DNA from: Bdellovibrio sp.
GTDB taxonomy: Bacteria; Bdellovibrionota; Bdellovibrionia; Bdellovibrionales; Bdellovibrionaceae
Length of the DNA stretch: 55,437 nucleotides
Direction: 5' to 3'
Assembly: GCA_046318155.1 (NCBI GenBank)
Contig: JBKCUU010000005.1
Span: 1-55,437, forward strand
This document shows positions 46,943 through 55,437 of this stretch, in pieces. The notes under the pieces were generated by a model. That model was not told the origin of the DNA and searched no databases. It saw only the letters and a list, made by a program, of their open reading frames with translations. The position numbers and the translations under genes were made by a program. Numbering within the stretch: the first letter of the stretch is position 1; each line of letters opens with the position of its first letter.

Positions 46943-48630
46943 CGGGTTGTCCCTCCGTTTTTGGAGCCGCTTTCTTTGATCGTCTTAATCTGCCCCTTGA
47001 AAACTGCGGCTGCCGTTTTCACTTTGGGGTGTTCCGAGATTTGTGCGGTCAAGTCTTGCTCTTTTTTCTTCTCTTTGTCTTGAGCCAGCGATTGCGCCGA
47101 GGCGCCCTCGTTGAGCGTGCCTTGAGCCATCTGAACATTCAAAGCATAGCCAGGTGCCCAGTACTGATCAATCAGGGTTTTGATCTTTTTTTGTACGCCG
47201 CTATCCATCAGTTGGTCGCGCAAAAAGGCCGCTTTGGGAGGGATCAAAAGATCCAAAGTCTTGTCTTTGACTCCGCTAAAAATCAAAGGCTCCATTTTAG
47301 CGGCCAGCAAGGCGTCCAAACTTCTGACTTTTTGCACAAACTCAAACCAACGCTCTTGGGGCGAGAGCTCAAGACCCGCCGAAGAGGCCGAACGGGCGCC
47401 CGGTGCGGGCTTGCCATTGAGCGAGGGCTGAGCCGTGCGAACCGCTTGCGCCAACGGCTGACGGGGCGGAGGCGCATGAACCGCACCATCTTGTTGATTG
47501 GCTGCTGCCCCACTCAAAATCGAGGCGATACTTTGAAGACGAGGAGCCGCCGACATGCGCAGCAAAACCATTTCAAGAACAATGCGGGGTTCGCTTGAGC
47601 GCAGAATATCGCCAGCGCCTTTGACTGACATATCGAACAAAAAGTGAATGTCTTCTTCGGTCAAGGTCGCCGCGATCTCTTGCAAAGTGCGAAGTTCAGA
47701 ATCAGGCAGCTCGACCATTTGCATGGCTTGGTCTTGCCCGATTTTCACAAACAACAGGTGGCGCAAATTCTCCATCAAGTCTTGCGCAAACAAGCTGGGC
47801 TCGTAGCCCGCCAGTGCAACCTTGTTTAAGATTTGCAAAATCTGCGATTGATCCCGCTGCGCCAGCGCCGAGAGGGTGGCGTAAAGCAAAGCGTGATCAG
47901 TCAGACCTAAAATTTCGACAACGGTGGCGCGTTTCAAGGGGCCATTGGCAAACGTGATAACTTGATCAAGCAAAGATTGCGAGTCGCGCATGGAACCATC
48001 GGCTTGGCGCGCGATGACCCACAGAGCCTCTTCTTCGGCTTCGACGCCGTCGGTTTGGCAAATGAGTTTAAGCTGCTCGGTGATTTGGCGGGTTGAAATG
48101 CGGCGAAAATCAAAACGCTGACAGCGCGACATGATCGTTTGCGGAATCTTGTGCACCTCGGTTGTCGCCATAATAAAAATCACGTGCTCGGGCGGCTCCT
48201 CTAAGGTTTTGAGCAACGCATTGAAAGCGCTGGTCGAAAGCATGTGCACTTCATCGATGATGTAGACTTTGTACTTGCCGCTTGAAGGCATGTAGCCAAC
48301 AGTGTCGCGCAGCTCACGAATGGCATCGACGCCATTGTTCGAAGCTCCATCGATCTCCATGACGTCGATGGAGCGGCCCGAGTTCACGTCTTCGCAAACG
48401 GGGCACTGATTGCACGGCACAAAATGAGCCGCATTGGGGCAGCGTAAACTTTTAGCTAAAATACGCGCCGAAGATGTTTTGCCGGTCCCGCGGGGGCCGG
48501 TGAACAAAAGCGCGTGGGGGAGGCGTCCGTTTTTGAGCGCGTTTTGCAAGGTGATCGAAATGTGATTTTGCCCAACCAATTGGTCAAAATTTTTTGGGCG
48601 CCATTTGCGGGCAATCACCTGATACGACAC
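46939..48630 (-). CDS. dnaX: DNA polymerase III subunit gamma/tau
   Basis: YQVIARKWRP, GPRGTGKTS, zinc module, EIDGASN, DEVHML and SRC. Confidence 0.97.
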   Translation of the reverse strand: MSYQVIARKWRPKNFDQLVGQNHISITLQNALKNGRLPHALLFTGPRGTGKTSSARILAKSLRCPNAAHFVPCNQCPVCEDVNSGRSIDVMEIDGASNNGVDAIRELRDTVGYMPSSGKYKVYIIDEVHMLSTSAFNALLKTLEEPPEHVIFIMATTEVHKIPQTIMSRCQRFDFRRISTRQITEQLKLICQTDGVEAEEEALWVIARQADGSMRDSQSLLDQVITFANGPLKRATVVEILGLTDHALLYATLSALAQRDQSQILQILNKVALAGYEPSLFAQDLMENLRHLLFVKIGQDQAMQMVELPDSELRTLQEIAATLTEEDIHFLFDMSVKGAGDILRSSEPRIVLEMVLLRMSAAPRLQSIASILSGAAANQQDGAVHAPPPRQPLAQAVRTAQPSLNGKPAPGARSASSAGLELSPQERWFEFVQKVRSLDALLAAKMEPLIFSGVKDKTLDLLIPPKAAFLRDQLMDSGVQKKIKTLIDQYWAPGYALNVQMAQGTLNEGASAQSLAQDKEKKKEQDLTAQISEHPKVKTAAAVFKGQIKTIKESGSKNGGTTR

Positions 48631-48686
48631 GTTTTCCCCTCACGAACTTGAACACGAACTCTGATATTGATTCTGAACAAAAAAGT

Positions 48687-48780
48687 GGCCGGGGGACCCT
48701 CTCACAAAGTCCTTCGAGTACCGTTGCTCCCTTCCGGGCCTAGCGGGATTCGTCAAAGACGCTTTTGGAGGGACCCGGCC
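48687..48780 (-). ncRNA. ffs: Signal recognition particle RNA (4.5S)
   Basis: Terminal stem ggccggg/cccggcc and the conserved helix-8 motif AGGCCCGGAAGGGAGCA; located upstream of dnaX. Confidence 0.9.
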
Positions 48781-48936
48781 GCTCGCAGGTCTAATCGAAA
48801 AGCAGGGGCTTTCCGACCTATAACTTTGCGCGTTACAAACACACACAACTCTTGGCTTTGTCCGATACGAACTGCTTGCAAAAGGCTTTGCGGAGTGACG
48901 AGCTTTTAAACGATGAACTGAATTTGTCAGAATTTT

Positions 48937-48973
48937 TAAACGGAATTCATAAACGGAATTCATAAACGGAATT
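48937..48973. repeat. 13-bp tandem repeat (TAAACGGAATTCA) x~2.8
   Basis: taaacggaattca taaacggaattca taaacggaatt, just past the srkA stop. Confidence 0.85.
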
Positions 48974-48979
48974 GCTATC

Positions 48980-49972
48980 CTAAAGAAAACTCTCGCCGAT
49001 ATTGGTGCGAAGGCCCCAAGCGATTTTTTCGAGCGCCTCAGTTTCTTCGGCCCACATGGTGTAGGTGCCAAAGTCCGGAAAGGTTTTCGGAAAAAACGGG
49101 TCGTCCCAACGTCTGGCGATCCATCCTGAGTACGACAAAATGCGCAGGCCCCGCAAAAGCGGAATCCAGTTGAGCTGATGCTTTGGAAATTTGCGAAACT
49201 CCTGGTAGCCCTCGATCAAAAGGTCGCGCTCGTCTTCGCCCATGGCTGAGGTAAACAGCATCCAAAAATCTTGCACGACCGGGCCCATGCCGCAGTCATC
49301 AAAATCGACCAGGCTGATGCGGTCATCAAAGCAGATCAAATTGCCGCGGTGGCAATCGCCGTGAATGCGTTGGTACTCGGATCGGTCGATCTCGTTGTCG
49401 ATGCGGTCTAAAAGTTCGATCGCGGCGTCTTCGTAGCGATGCCACATCTCGGGAGCGATGCGGGGCTCTAAAAGCTCGAGCGTTTCCCACGGGGAGAAGG
49501 GTGTTTCGCCCACAACGGGGCGGTGTTTAAACTGAGATCTGGCCCCGAGGCTGTGCAAGCGAGCCAAGAGTCTGCCGACTTGCTTCCAGTCGCGCTCCAT
49601 CAGTTCTTCGGGCATGCGGCCTTGGATGCGGGGGAATAAAGAAAAGAACAAACCGTTGGCGGTGCCTAAGGTCGAACCATTATTCAGGATGTACGGGGCC
49701 GACACTTCGAAACCTTCGGCATCGAGTTCGTGCAAAAACTGATGCTCTTCTAAAATAGCGGGGGCATTCCAGCGGCCGGGCCGGTAAAATTTAGCAATCA
49801 CCCGCTCAGGCGCGTCCGGCCCGCGTTCGAGGCGAATGTCAAACACGCGGTTTTCGTAAGAATTGAGCTGCGTCATCTCGCCGGTGGTGCGAAAGCCGCT
49901 CTGTTCGGTTGCCTCGAGCACCAAATCGGGTTGTAATTGATAGAATGAGTCTTTTCGAATTTCTTCGTTCAT
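48980..49972 (-). CDS. srkA: Stress response Ser/Thr kinase SrkA (YihE/RdoA)
   Basis: LNSYENRVF, KFYRPGRW, EEH, IHGDCHRGN, DFDD, QDFWM and WIARRWDDPFFP. Confidence 0.92.
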   Translation of the reverse strand: MNEEIRKDSFYQLQPDLVLEATEQSGFRTTGEMTQLNSYENRVFDIRLERGPDAPERVIAKFYRPGRWNAPAILEEHQFLHELDAEGFEVSAPYILNNGSTLGTANGLFFSLFPRIQGRMPEELMERDWKQVGRLLARLHSLGARSQFKHRPVVGETPFSPWETLELLEPRIAPEMWHRYEDAAIELLDRIDNEIDRSEYQRIHGDCHRGNLICFDDRISLVDFDDCGMGPVVQDFWMLFTSAMGEDERDLLIEGYQEFRKFPKHQLNWIPLLRGLRILSYSGWIARRWDDPFFPKTFPDFGTYTMWAEETEALEKIAWGLRTNIGESFL

Positions 49973-50715
49973 CGTCAACCGTGCAACCTAAGTCGAAAGC
50001 TTCGGTTTTGCAATTCGAAGGACTCGAAGTGGTTGTGCATCGCAAACCTCGGCGCAGAACGATGACGATCCAGATGGGACCTGAAGAGCCCATTAAAATT
50101 CTCACCGCAATGCGCGTGAGTGACCATGACGTTTTGAAGTTTTTGAACATGAAGTCCAAGTGGATTCATAAAAACATCCAAGAGTTTGAAAAGCGCCCTA
50201 AGATCGTGAAGCGCCAGGCTTTGCGCGGCGAGGAGTGGATGTACCTAGGCCAGCCAGTCGTGGTCTCGGATGCGATCACTCTGTTGAAAAAACCCTTTGT
50301 GGTTTTTTCTGAAGGCTTGCTCACCGTTTACTGGCCCGAAAAACTTTGGGCCCTGCGTGATCAAAACCGTCACCTCGCAATGCCGTGGATTCAGGCCGCG
50401 CAAAAAAAAGAGGCCGAGCGTATTTTCAAAGAACGTATTCAGTTTTACGGCGCGCAAATGCACGTCAGGCCCAAACGCGTGCGCCTGATGCGCGCCGAAA
50501 CTCGCTGGGGCTCCTGCTCCTCAAAGCAAAACTTGAATTTAAACTGGAAACTTCTCGGTGCTCCGCTGGAAGTCCTCGACGCCATCGTCGTGCACGAGCT
50601 GGCGCACTTGAAACACATGAACCACTCCAAAGTCTTTTGGAATTTCGTCGAACAATTCGCCCCCAATCACACCGAAGCCGACCAATGGCTCAAAGACAAC
50701 CAACACCTCCTGTAG
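49945..50715 (+). CDS. YgjP/DUF45 (M48/SprT-like) zinc metallopeptidase family protein
   Basis: RWGSCS, LNWKL and VVHELAHLKHMNHSKVFW. Start uncertain (ATG 49945 or a later GTG). Confidence 0.88.
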   Translation: MSLFEFLRSSSTVQPKSKASVLQFEGLEVVVHRKPRRRTMTIQMGPEEPIKILTAMRVSDHDVLKFLNMKSKWIHKNIQEFEKRPKIVKRQALRGEEWMYLGQPVVVSDAITLLKKPFVVFSEGLLTVYWPEKLWALRDQNRHLAMPWIQAAQKKEAERIFKERIQFYGAQMHVRPKRVRLMRAETRWGSCSSKQNLNLNWKLLGAPLEVLDAIVVHELAHLKHMNHSKVFWNFVEQFAPNHTEADQWLKDNQHLL

Positions 50716-50788
50716 GTGCCTGCTTCCCAATGCAGAAGCGTAGCGCCACAAGTGGCGCAATGCTTCTGCATTGGGAAGCAGGCACCTA
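50713..50788. repeat. Near-perfect 76-bp palindrome (37-bp arms), REP/MITE-like hairpin
   Basis: taggtgcctgcttcccaatgcagaagcgtagcgccac-aa-gtggcgcaatgcttctgcattgggaagcaggcaccta, with 2 mismatches. Confidence 0.9.
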
Positions 50789-50867
50789 AAAAGGTCACTG
50801 TGACGAAACTTTAGACATCGGGGGTGTCACCAAATCGAAGAGGTGAAATTTACACGGTTTTCATGCG

Positions 50868-50882
50868 CGGTCCTGGGTTTGC
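50868..50882 (+). promoter_or_regulatory. Possible sigma54 promoter
   Basis: CGGTCCTGGGTTTGC (GG-N10-GC, TTGC intact), 40 nt upstream of ATG 50923. Confidence 0.4.
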
Positions 50883-50922
50883 TCTGGCTTACCTTTGGAT
50901 AAGAACGCCCGAGGAGGCTGTT

Positions 50923-52326
50923 ATGAAAGCATTGTGGATTCGTGCCTTATTACCCGTGTTGGTCATGTCGATGGTCGTTGCTTGCGGTAAAAAAGACGAC
51001 GGCGGCGGCAAAGCCAAAGCGGCTCCGCGCTATCAGACGCCCACACAATCTCCTCGTCAAGAGCCCGCGCAAACGCGTGAGCAAACAGAAACAGTTGATC
51101 CTCGCCTTCAGCCGCAGCAAACTGAACCCGGCGCCCCTGACATCCCCGGCGAAGAGGAAGGTCAAACGACGACGCCTCCTCGCACACAAAATGGGCCTGG
51201 TCTTCCTGGTGGCGGTGAGCCGGCTCCGATTCCTGAAGCGCCCGCACCAACAACACCTGCGGTGCCTCCTCGTAATCAAAACAAACCACCCGAACGAGGG
51301 ACTCCTCCGGCCCAAGGTAATGAAGGCAATCCCGCCGGATCTTCGCTTCCAGGCTCTGAGCCCCAGATACCACGATCTGAACCCCAGATTCCTGCCAATT
51401 CTGATCTTACTTCGAAAGAAATCGCGACCGCTTACACGGGCGCTGGCGATGATTACTTGCGCGACTATCTCACACAAAAAATGAAGAGCGTTGAAAACGC
51501 GGATGTTCGCAGACGCAACCAAACCGCCGCCGAAAACGTACGCGGCGTTCGCACTCGTATTGATCGCGAAACGGGTGATGTGTTGGTGTCGGTTGTTCGC
51601 GAAGTTCGCGGCCAAATCCAGACGTCACTCCTGGGTGGAATTCTCAACGCGGCCGGCGTGACTCCACTCAAGGCTCAAGGTGATTCGAATATTAAAGGTT
51701 CATTGGTTTGCTTGGACCTTAACGTGCGGACTTGTTATGTGGCTGCAATCCGTCTTGAGATCGGCCACTCCGGAGGTAAAAGCGTGGTTCGCGTGATTTC
51801 TCGTAAAACCAACGCCAACTTTGATTTTCGTTTGCCCCGTCAATATGTGCAAGGTGCCCGCGAGTTTAATCGTTTGGTTGAAATGTTCGCCAACACCGAG
51901 CAAAAAAATGGTCAGCGCAATTCACTTCGCCGCGTGCTCGTTGAAACTTTTGAAGTCATCAACGGACGCTCGGGCGTGAAGATGTCATTAGTATCGAACG
52001 AAAACGAAGTGATCGTAGGATCAGGTCCCTTGCTTGGGTCAACGGGCGGCGGCGTTGTGACCAACGTTGAGTTCGGACGCGATCAGCACTTGGATGACTT
52101 GGTTGATTACGAAAACGGCCGCAACTTTAAAGCGGGTATTCATGATTCGATCCAAGATTTTCGCATGATTGGGAACGACGGCAAAAAAGAAATCGCGATC
52201 TTGTTCACGGTTCGCCCTGGATCTGACGGCCGCGAAGAATCTTTGCGCGTGACTTTCTTGCGCGTTCACTTGGGAATCATGACCGCGACTCAATTTCAGC
52301 AGCTCGAGGCCTCGGCCTCGAACTAA
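50923..52326 (+). CDS. Hypothetical lipoprotein with Pro/Gln-rich disordered N-terminus
   Basis: GAGGAGG RBS, lipobox VVAC, about 140-aa Pro-rich linker and a beta-rich C-terminal domain. Confidence 0.8.
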   Translation: MKALWIRALLPVLVMSMVVACGKKDDGGGKAKAAPRYQTPTQSPRQEPAQTREQTETVDPRLQPQQTEPGAPDIPGEEEGQTTTPPRTQNGPGLPGGGEPAPIPEAPAPTTPAVPPRNQNKPPERGTPPAQGNEGNPAGSSLPGSEPQIPRSEPQIPANSDLTSKEIATAYTGAGDDYLRDYLTQKMKSVENADVRRRNQTAAENVRGVRTRIDRETGDVLVSVVREVRGQIQTSLLGGILNAAGVTPLKAQGDSNIKGSLVCLDLNVRTCYVAAIRLEIGHSGGKSVVRVISRKTNANFDFRLPRQYVQGAREFNRLVEMFANTEQKNGQRNSLRRVLVETFEVINGRSGVKMSLVSNENEVIVGSGPLLGSTGGGVVTNVEFGRDQHLDDLVDYENGRNFKAGIHDSIQDFRMIGNDGKKEIAILFTVRPGSDGREESLRVTFLRVHLGIMTATQFQQLEASASN

Positions 52327-52473
52327 AATTTGCAGCCGATGTTTTGGTCCAAAGTTTTAATCTAAGTTTGGTTCCAGTGTTTTAAAAATACCCCCGTGTC
52401 CTCATCCTTTACCACAGCACTTCGACCGCACTTGGGGTGGGGCCACTTCTATCTTAATCCCCTTAGTTTTGGT

Positions 52474-52488
52474 TGGCCCCCCAATTGC
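52474..52488 (+). promoter_or_regulatory. Putative sigma54 -24/-12 promoter
   Basis: TGGCCCCCCAATTGC (TGGC..N..TTGC, GG-N10-GC) upstream of ATG 52558. Confidence 0.55.
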
Positions 52489-52557
52489 TTTTTAGAGCGA
52501 CGACGGCGCGTTTTGCGCCCAGGGGAAAGAATCACTAACGTTTTTGGGGGATTTAAA

Positions 52558-53487
52558 ATGAAAAGATCACTTCTCATTATCGCTCTTGCCTTTTCGGGAC
52601 TGGGCGCCACTGCCGAAGCACAAGGTCGTGGGTGCATCGTGACACCGCAAAACAACTGCTTGGGATTTGACCAAATGCGTCCTGGTCGACCGGGCCCAGG
52701 TCGCCCGCCGGGACCGCCCGCGCCGCCTCGTCCTCCCGGTCCTCCTATGCCTCCTCCTCCGGGTCGGCCAATGCCTCCTCCTCCTGTTGTGGGTGAGCGG
52801 ACCGTTCAAAAAGTTGTCTATCTGAACAGAGCCGTTCGTAACGAGCGCTTCTCTTTAAATGATTTGCTCTCGCCAATGGATCAACGCGAGCTTGATGGCG
52901 CTGAGCTTGAGCTCGTGACGATTGATGCCTACGAACAAAACCGTCGAGGCGCCTTGAGCTTGGTCATCAACGGCTGGGCAGAAGACCTGCAAGACAATGT
53001 GTATGGTCAAACGGTTCTTCGTCCCAATCGCTACTTGCGGTTAGATCGTCATGTGCGTGTCGACATCGAGGCGCAAGGACGTTTGTACATCAACTCGATC
53101 GTGATCCAAGCGCGAGTGCGCGGCGGTGGTCACGGCCCCGGACCTGGTCAGCCTGGCAGCGGTCAGTTTCAAGTCAACATGCCGGTCCACCGGGCGATCT
53201 CGAACGAGCGCTTCTTTTTGATTCGCGATTTGAACTTGGGTCAGTACCATGGCGCGACAGTTGTCGACGTGATCGTGCAGGCGCGAGCGTTGAACCCTCA
53301 GCAATTGGCGACAATCGCCCTTTTGGTCAACGGACAAGTGATCGGCGGCATGAACCCTGATTTTGCGAACCGACCTTACGCGATTCGTTTGACGGGTGCG
53401 CGCACCATTGGCCGAGATCTTCAATCATTGCAGCTAGATGCCTCTCAAGTGATCATTGAGAACATCACGGTTCGGTTACTTCGATAA
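52558..53487 (+). CDS. Secreted protein with poly-Pro linker and two beta-sandwich-like repeats
   Basis: Signal peptide ending AEA, a PGRPGP/PPPP tract and two similar domains (RAVRNERFSL versus RAISNERFFL; LVING versus LLVNG). Confidence 0.8.
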   Translation: MKRSLLIIALAFSGLGATAEAQGRGCIVTPQNNCLGFDQMRPGRPGPGRPPGPPAPPRPPGPPMPPPPGRPMPPPPVVGERTVQKVVYLNRAVRNERFSLNDLLSPMDQRELDGAELELVTIDAYEQNRRGALSLVINGWAEDLQDNVYGQTVLRPNRYLRLDRHVRVDIEAQGRLYINSIVIQARVRGGGHGPGPGQPGSGQFQVNMPVHRAISNERFFLIRDLNLGQYHGATVVDVIVQARALNPQQLATIALLVNGQVIGGMNPDFANRPYAIRLTGARTIGRDLQSLQLDASQVIIENITVRLLR

Positions 53488-53622
53488 GCATGAAGGGGGC
53501 CTTGTAGTTTGAGAGTTGTTGGTTGGTTTCAACAACTTCGACTCAGGGCTCTCGATTTTGTGTTTGATTCGTTAGCGAAAACTTCTGACCATGAATCAAC
53601 ACGGGATCCAAAAGGGGGCAAC

Positions 53623-54603
53623 ATGGAAGCATCGAGATTTGGCAAAGCAACTGAGCACTCAACTTCTCAGCCGACACCGGCACGTTTGGCGGCTGAAGCG
53701 CTCGCTTCTGCGAAAGCTCTGATGAATGAAATGCCCCACATTGTTTCGCAGCCTTTGTCCGTCGATTACATGGACTATCGCAAGCTGCTCGAGGATTTTT
53801 ATAACTACAAACGCGAGCTGACCAAAAAAGATTTGCGCCCGTACAGCTATGCCATGTTCTCGGCTGCGGCCAACATCAAGTCGCCCAATTACTTGCGCAT
53901 GATTATCGAAGGTAAGCGAAACCTCTCGCCCGATATGATCGCTAAATTTGGTAAAGCGATGTCGATGGCTAAAGACGAAGCTCAAGATTTTAGAATGCTG
54001 GTTCTTTACAACCAGTCGTCAGACCCTGCCCAGCGCAACATGCTCTTAAAAGATCTTTCTGATCACCGAGTAAATCTCAAAATCAAAAGCGGCGAGATCG
54101 ACCGCAAAACTTGGGAGAAGATCCCCAGCTGGATCACTTGGATTTTGTATTCGATGATCGATCAAGAGGGTGTGAGCTTTAGCATCGATTCTCTGCGCGA
54201 CCTGCTTCGTAAAAAGGCCTCGACCGATGAGATTCAAGCGGCCTTGCGTTCGCTGATCGAAACCGGTGAAGTTGAGCAAAACGAAACAACCGGCATGCTG
54301 CAAAAAACTCGCAGCCTGATCGATTCACCTGAGGAGATCCCCGTTGCACTTGTACGTAAGCTGCAGTCGCAGTTGATGTACCTAGGGATGGAGAGCTTGT
54401 TTCAGGATTCACCGACTGAGCGTGAGTTTGGAACGGCGACCTTGTCGTTAACAGCTGGTGAGTTTGAAGAGCTGAGATTCAAGCTTCGTCAGATGCGCAA
54501 AGCGACTCAGAAAGAAAATTCGGTCAAGCGCATGACCTCTAAGGGTGAACGAGTTTACCAGCTCAACCTGCAGCTGTTTCCTGTAACGAACCGAGCAAAG
54601 TAA
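53623..54603 (+). CDS. TIGR02147/DUF4423-family protein (N-terminal HTH-like)
   Basis: YMDYR...YSYAMFS...KSPNYLRMIIEGKRNLS and C-terminal VYQLNLQLFP. Start chosen at ATG 53623 after a GGGGG RBS. Confidence 0.85.
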   Translation: MEASRFGKATEHSTSQPTPARLAAEALASAKALMNEMPHIVSQPLSVDYMDYRKLLEDFYNYKRELTKKDLRPYSYAMFSAAANIKSPNYLRMIIEGKRNLSPDMIAKFGKAMSMAKDEAQDFRMLVLYNQSSDPAQRNMLLKDLSDHRVNLKIKSGEIDRKTWEKIPSWITWILYSMIDQEGVSFSIDSLRDLLRKKASTDEIQAALRSLIETGEVEQNETTGMLQKTRSLIDSPEEIPVALVRKLQSQLMYLGMESLFQDSPTEREFGTATLSLTAGEFEELRFKLRQMRKATQKENSVKRMTSKGERVYQLNLQLFPVTNRAK

Positions 54604-54638
54604 GTCGGTTTTGGGCCTTCTGACCAGCGCAGATGGCC

Positions 54639-54924
54639 TGTGGATAACTTTCTAGGCCTTGGTCGAGTGGGTGTCATAAAGTCCCCAATATCCTGTTATC
54701 TTCATGTCAGAAAATGAAAATAACCTGCTGTTTGAAACGGCATAATGTGGATAACTTTGGGGAACAAGTTGATAAACCCCCTATTCCTTGAGGTTTTCAT
54801 GACAAATTGGCCCTGCCTCATAATTGTATTAAGGAAGTGTCAGGAGCCCAAAATTTGAGCAATCCTATTAAAAAACCTGTCGTAAAAGCCGCTCAGAAAA
54901 ACTCAAACATTGGTTTGTGGAATC
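54639..54924. promoter_or_regulatory. DnaA-box cluster in intergenic region upstream of ssrA
   Basis: Perfect TGTGGATAA at 54639-54647 and 54746-54754, plus TGTGGAATC at 54916-54924. Confidence 0.6.
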
Positions 54925-54948
54925 GTGATAGAAGTTGAGATCTGGTGT

Positions 54949-55303
54949 GGGGGCGACATGGTTTCGACGTGGGTGCTGAAACATCAGGAGCATTCCGGGG
55001 CGCATGAGGACCTCGTTAAAAACGTGCACTTTGTAATTGGCAACGATTACGCACTCGCAGCTTAATTAGTTAAGCAGCGCGGACCCCACTGATTCTGTCG
55101 GTGATGAGTGGTGTGTCCGTCATTATGCCGGCTCGGTACGTGCTGTTCTCTGAGGGGCGCGTACTTAAGAGTTTCCTTGGGGAGGGACTGCCTCGATTTT
55201 GTTTGTGGAAGCTAGGCAGACCAACTTAAAGCACAAACTAAGAATGTAGCGCCTGATCGCGGATCACTTGCGGACGAGGGTTCGATTCCCTCCGCCTCCA
55301 CCA
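54949..55303 (+). ncRNA. ssrA: tmRNA (transfer-messenger RNA)
   Basis: 5' GGGGGCG...GGTTTCGAC, 3' GGTTCGATTCCC...CGCCTCCACCA, and tag ORF GNDYALAA* at 55039-55065. Confidence 0.96.
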
Positions 55304-55437
55304 AATTTTTTGCTAGGATGGCAAAAGATTGTTTGAAATGGATTTTTAAGAGTATTTTTAACAACTTAAAGAAGAAGTTGTTCCGCAAATCTGATTTTCT
55401 CAAATCACATTAAATCAGGGGAAATCATGGTGTTTGC

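Noticed and set aside
47055..47075. dnaX -1 frameshift slippery site (A-run ending in G)
   Set aside because: The A-rich run encodes EKKKE about 40 codons from the C-terminus, not after domain III, and I saw no stimulatory hairpin.
46849..47598. 249-aa plus-strand ORF and similar antisense ORFs (8482-9111, 50950-51615)
   Set aside because: Shadow ORFs opposite well-supported genes, with no motifs or RBS.
48781..48936. Additional ncRNA (for example 6S) upstream of ffs
   Set aside because: Only weak pairing is visible and no recognisable conserved motif; cannot be supported without a covariance search.
48937..48973. Possible CRISPR array from short direct repeats
   Set aside because: The 13-bp units are contiguous with no spacers, and no cas genes are present.
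48640..49071. ORFs across the ffs region
   Set aside because: They overlap SRP RNA and srkA and are probably spurious.
54604..54948. Chromosomal replication origin (oriC)
   Set aside because: No dnaA, dnaN or gidA nearby, few boxes and no clear DUE repeats. Kept only as a DnaA-box cluster.
55212..55403. 63-aa minus-strand ORF
   Set aside because: Antisense to the tmRNA 3' end.

Overview
Chromosomal segment of a predatory Bdellovibrionota bacterium (Bdellovibrio-like). The assignment rests on mglA with no mglB after dnaX-ybaB-recR, a TIGR02147-like protein, the tmRNA tag GNDYALAA and many secreted hypothetical proteins. Core content: a Tad-domain protein (5' truncated), anmK and amgK-murU peptidoglycan salvage genes, a PocR-like sigma54 activator, msbA-like ABC transporter, uvrA, PBP1A, ftsEX-envC-ctpA, tig, an ArsA/Get3-like ATPase pair with a TPR lipoprotein and gshA, pepA, clpP-clpX-lon, tRNA-Val(TAC), an HxlR regulator, an outer-membrane protein, nadA, mglA, recR, ybaB, dnaX, SRP RNA, srkA, a YgjP-like peptidase and tmRNA. 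I saw no CRISPR array, intact transposase or phage genes. Most notable: (1) a sigma54 promoter appears to drive an apparently dead copy of an enhancer-binding protein plus amgK-murU, directly downstream of an intact activator and convergent on anmK, whose RBS lies in a hairpin; (2) a small islet after tRNA-Val has a 44-bp inverted repeat with pseudoknot potential and a protein that looks like an inactivated DDE-integrase fold fused to SEC-C and TPR; (3) hxlR is bracketed by 23-bp inverted repeats; (4) DnaA boxes cluster upstream of ssrA. All protein calls come from motif recognition by eye; no searches were run.
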